From the NCBI GenBank assembly GCA_033442325.1, contig JAWQFM010000004.1:1488363-1552362 (forward strand): DNA of 64,000 nt. The letters are read 5' to 3'. The stretch comes from Salpingoeca rosetta (lineage: Eukaryota > Protista > Choanoflagellata). Below the pieces are notes generated by a model. That model was not told the DNA's origin. It worked only from the letters and a program-made list of their open reading frames with translations, and searched no databases. Of this stretch, positions 55,704 to 64,000 are shown in pieces; the first letter of the stretch is position 1; every line of letters starts with the position of its first letter. The translations under genes were made by a program, and so were the position numbers.

Positions 55704-56390
55704 ATGGATGATAGTGCATATTGAGAATGAAGAGCTGATTGAGCGCCATCACGCAACTGACAAGCGGTGGCGAGAGTTTGTTACACAACACGGCAAGTCA
55801 CTGCTGACACAATTGTGATTGATTGATTGATTTGACATGACTGTTTGATTGGTTCCGTGCGCATGTGTTCATCCCACGTTTGCGTGCGGCACAATAAAGA
55901 CCCCCTCTCAATACACAAACGCATCACACAGCGTGGGCAAGACTGCGCTGTTCGCGTGCTGGTAAGGTCTGTTAATCCACAATCGCTCGCACTCAACGAA
56001 CACATGAGCAGATGAACACATAAACAGATGGAAAGATGAAAGGAGAGCAACAAGGAAGGACAGAACCCAGATGGAGAAGGAAAGCATTGCGTCTGCTGAC
56101 GAGAGGTAACGAAAAAGGGAGGATGGAAAATGAAAGACAAAGAAGGAAGCACGCGACAAGGCAAGAAGATGTGGTGGGGCGAAAGACCAAACGCACAGCA
56201 TTAATTGTGGCGTGCTGTTTTGAAGATCGCTACTTATCAACCGAACAACAATCACAAACACACGCGCTATCTGACACACGCGCATACAATGTACACACAC
56301 GCGCGCGCGCGTACACGCTGCCAAGCGCGTTGGGTGTTGTTTTCTGTCGGTACACAAAGAGCATGCTATGCACAGCGCAAGCGTGCTGGT

Positions 56391-58244
<1,854 letters not shown>

Positions 58245-58872
58245 TGTTGCACGTTCCGATTCACCAACAGCACCAACCAAACGAAAGAAAAAGACGGGAA
58301 GAAGAGCGGCGCTTGGAAGGGTTCCTTTGCATGTGATGGCGATGAATGCGTGGAGTGGATGGAGTGTGTATTTGTGTATTTGTTGTGCGTATGCGGTGTG
58401 ATGGTGGTCAGCGCACCGTCGCACACTCTCCCTTACGAAGAAGAAGCAGAAGAAGAAGAAGGTTCGTGAGACGAACAAGCAAGCAAAGGGTGCTGTGCTG
58501 TGCTGTGCTGTGCTGTGTGCTGATGGCAGTTGTTGGTTTTGTTTGTTTGTGTCGCCGATCAAGAAAGGCGATCTCTCTTCATACGCAACAAAATCCAAGC
58601 AAGACGCAACAAACGAAACGCCCAGGTTTGATGGCGACTGAATTCAGTGTTGTGGGTCACGAACCAACACATACACGATAAAAGGTATTTATTGCGCGGA
58701 GACAAGGCAACTTGCTGCGAGCACGAGAATGTGTGCACGTGTGTGCACGAGTGTGTGTGTGCGCACGAGAGTGTGTGTTGCTTTCTTGTCCATCCAAACA
58801 TCGTTCTCCCTCCTCACACCTCTCCCTCACACCTCTCCCTCCTCTTCACTCCCCATCACTCCCTATTCTTCC

Positions 58873-62254
<3,382 letters not shown>

Positions 62255-62508
62255 GCTGCTGCTGCTTCCTCTGCTGCTGCTGCAAAAAGCACGGTTGTGG
62301 AAAATTGACCAACGACACCACCTAATCCTCACAACTTCACAACCAGCAAGCAACAAAGCGACCAAAGCAGCAGCCGTTGCTTTCATCTCCGCCACTACCG
62401 CTGCCGTTGTTGTTGTTGTTGATCATCGCTTGATCCCATCCCCCAATTCAACCCAAGTTCAACCCTAATTCAAACCCCTCTGTTCCCCCCTGTCCAGCTC
62501 TTTTGACA

Positions 62509-63565
62509 ATGCCACGACGCCAGAATGTCGGGGTACAAGTTGGAGCGCCCGTGGTTCCCGTGCTGCAGGGCTTGAGCCGTCTGGCGGACGCGGCGTTGCG
62601 GGAGACCAAGTCACTGAGCGCAGACCTGCGGCATGTGCGCGGTGCCCTGCTGGCGCACATCAACGACGTTGCAGACAAGACGCGCACGCAGCTGCGAACG
62701 GAGTTTGAGGAGTTGGCAACTACGTTTAAGCAGCAGGCCAAGCGAGAGGCCGAGCGCGGATACATTGCCGTCAAGACAACCGCGCAGGAGGCTGCAGAGA
62801 CGGCAGTTGCACAGCTGCGTCTCGAACACGAGAAGGAGCTGCAGAGCATCAAGAACGAGATGGACCAGGTGTGTTGGCTGCACTGGATGCGTTTGCTCTG
62901 CTGGATGCGAATCATTATGGCGGCTGCTGTGCACATGTGCAGCGTTGCCCAAGCGAGTGCGGTTATTCTTCGACCTTCAGTATGCCTTTTGATCACCCAC
63001 ACATGTGCACACACATATATACACACGCGCGCGCGCACACACATCGCATGCACAACATCTCACACGCACACATCGCATGCACAACATCTCACACACATCC
63101 CGCCCTCATTCTCGTCCCGCCTACCCTCATTCCCATCCAAACAGCTTCAGCGGGAGTTCAAGCAGGACTTGGACGGGTGGCAGCGGCAGTGCTACTACTA
63201 CAAGACGTCCGAGGCGACGCTGCGGCGCGAGGTGGATGCCCTGCGAATGGCAATGCCAAAGAGCGCAACACACGCGCAGCGCATCGTCGCCAGCCCGCGC
63301 GCCCTGCAGGTGCACGACGACGCGAAGCTGCTGGAGGAGATGCACGAGAAGGAGGTTGATCTTGAGAGCGCGCGACGCGAGGTGAAGACGCTGTCACTCG
63401 AGAAAAAGCGGCTTGAGTTCCTGCTGCGCGTCGTTCGCGCCAAAGCGAGCGAGCAGCTGCAACAGGCCGCCGTCAGGAAAAAGCATCTCAAGCACGAGCT
63501 GGACCAGACCAGGGAATCGCTCAAACACACGCAGGACCTCATGCTCTCGGGGGTGAGGCGTGCTT

Positions 63566-63613
<48 letters not shown>

Positions 63614-63886
63614 TTTGCTTCGTGTGTGTGTGTGTGTCTGTCTGTGTCTGGCTGTGTCTGTTGTGGATTATGTGTAGTGCAGTGGGCAGGTTACGTTTGC
63701 TGCATGTTTGCACGCTTACACCCTTCTCACACACATTACACTCCCATTACCCCAACTCACCACCACCACCACCATCACCACTACTGCCATCGCTACAGCG
63801 CAAAGGTGCCGAGCAAGCGCTGCGAGAGGCCATTGAGCGCGATTTCCAGAAGAAGGCAAAGGCCCGCATCGCCGCTGAACTCAAGG
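62509..63886 (+). CDS. Long coiled-coil protein continuing beyond the window end
   Basis: MPRRQNVGVQVG...; exons ~62509-62868, 63145-63552 and 63799-63886 with GT-AG junctions; heptad E/K/L/A-rich composition. Confidence 0.75.
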
Positions 63887-64000
63887 TCAGCTGGTGTGTG
63901 TGTCTGTGTGTCTGTGTGTGTCTGTGTTTGCCTGTGTGTTTGACTATGCTGGGCGGGGGGAGGGGGGCGAGCCGCAAGGCAGCCAACACAGAGGAACCAG

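Overview
This is intron-rich, GC-rich eukaryotic genomic DNA with (GT)n/(CA)n microsatellite-filled introns and seven N gaps. Gene content and style suggest a choanoflagellate such as Salpingoeca rosetta (inference). The first ~21.6 kb looks accessory. It holds a large multi-exon minus-strand gene with an internal Hint (intein/Hedgehog-like autoprocessing) domain that runs off the window start and is largely missed by the ORF track. It also holds a probable Tc1/mariner-type remnant, a decayed Ulp1-like protease, a decayed propeller-repeat gene, and a secreted L-domain/Ecm33-like repeat gene. That L-domain gene is split by a chromodomain Ty3/gypsy retrotransposon with three LTRs and a 5-bp TSD. 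A small 4-TM protein and a TIR/HET-like-TPR-PH protein follow. The rest is compact, mostly core genes: HS2ST-like sulfotransferase, CPSF2, NAA80 convergent with profilin, a type II L-domain membrane protein, a 1072-aa low-complexity protein, RECQL4, DGAT1, a signal-peptide/TM/RING-H2 ligase, mitochondrial uS5m and a coiled-coil protein. The strongest leads are the Hint autoprocessing protein, the tri-LTR retroelement carrying captured DNA, the 5'-GT/3'-CA polarity of introns, the NAA80-profilin pair, the TIR/HET-like receptor, and antisense exons sitting where uS5m exons should be. Exon boundaries were read by eye and no database search was run.
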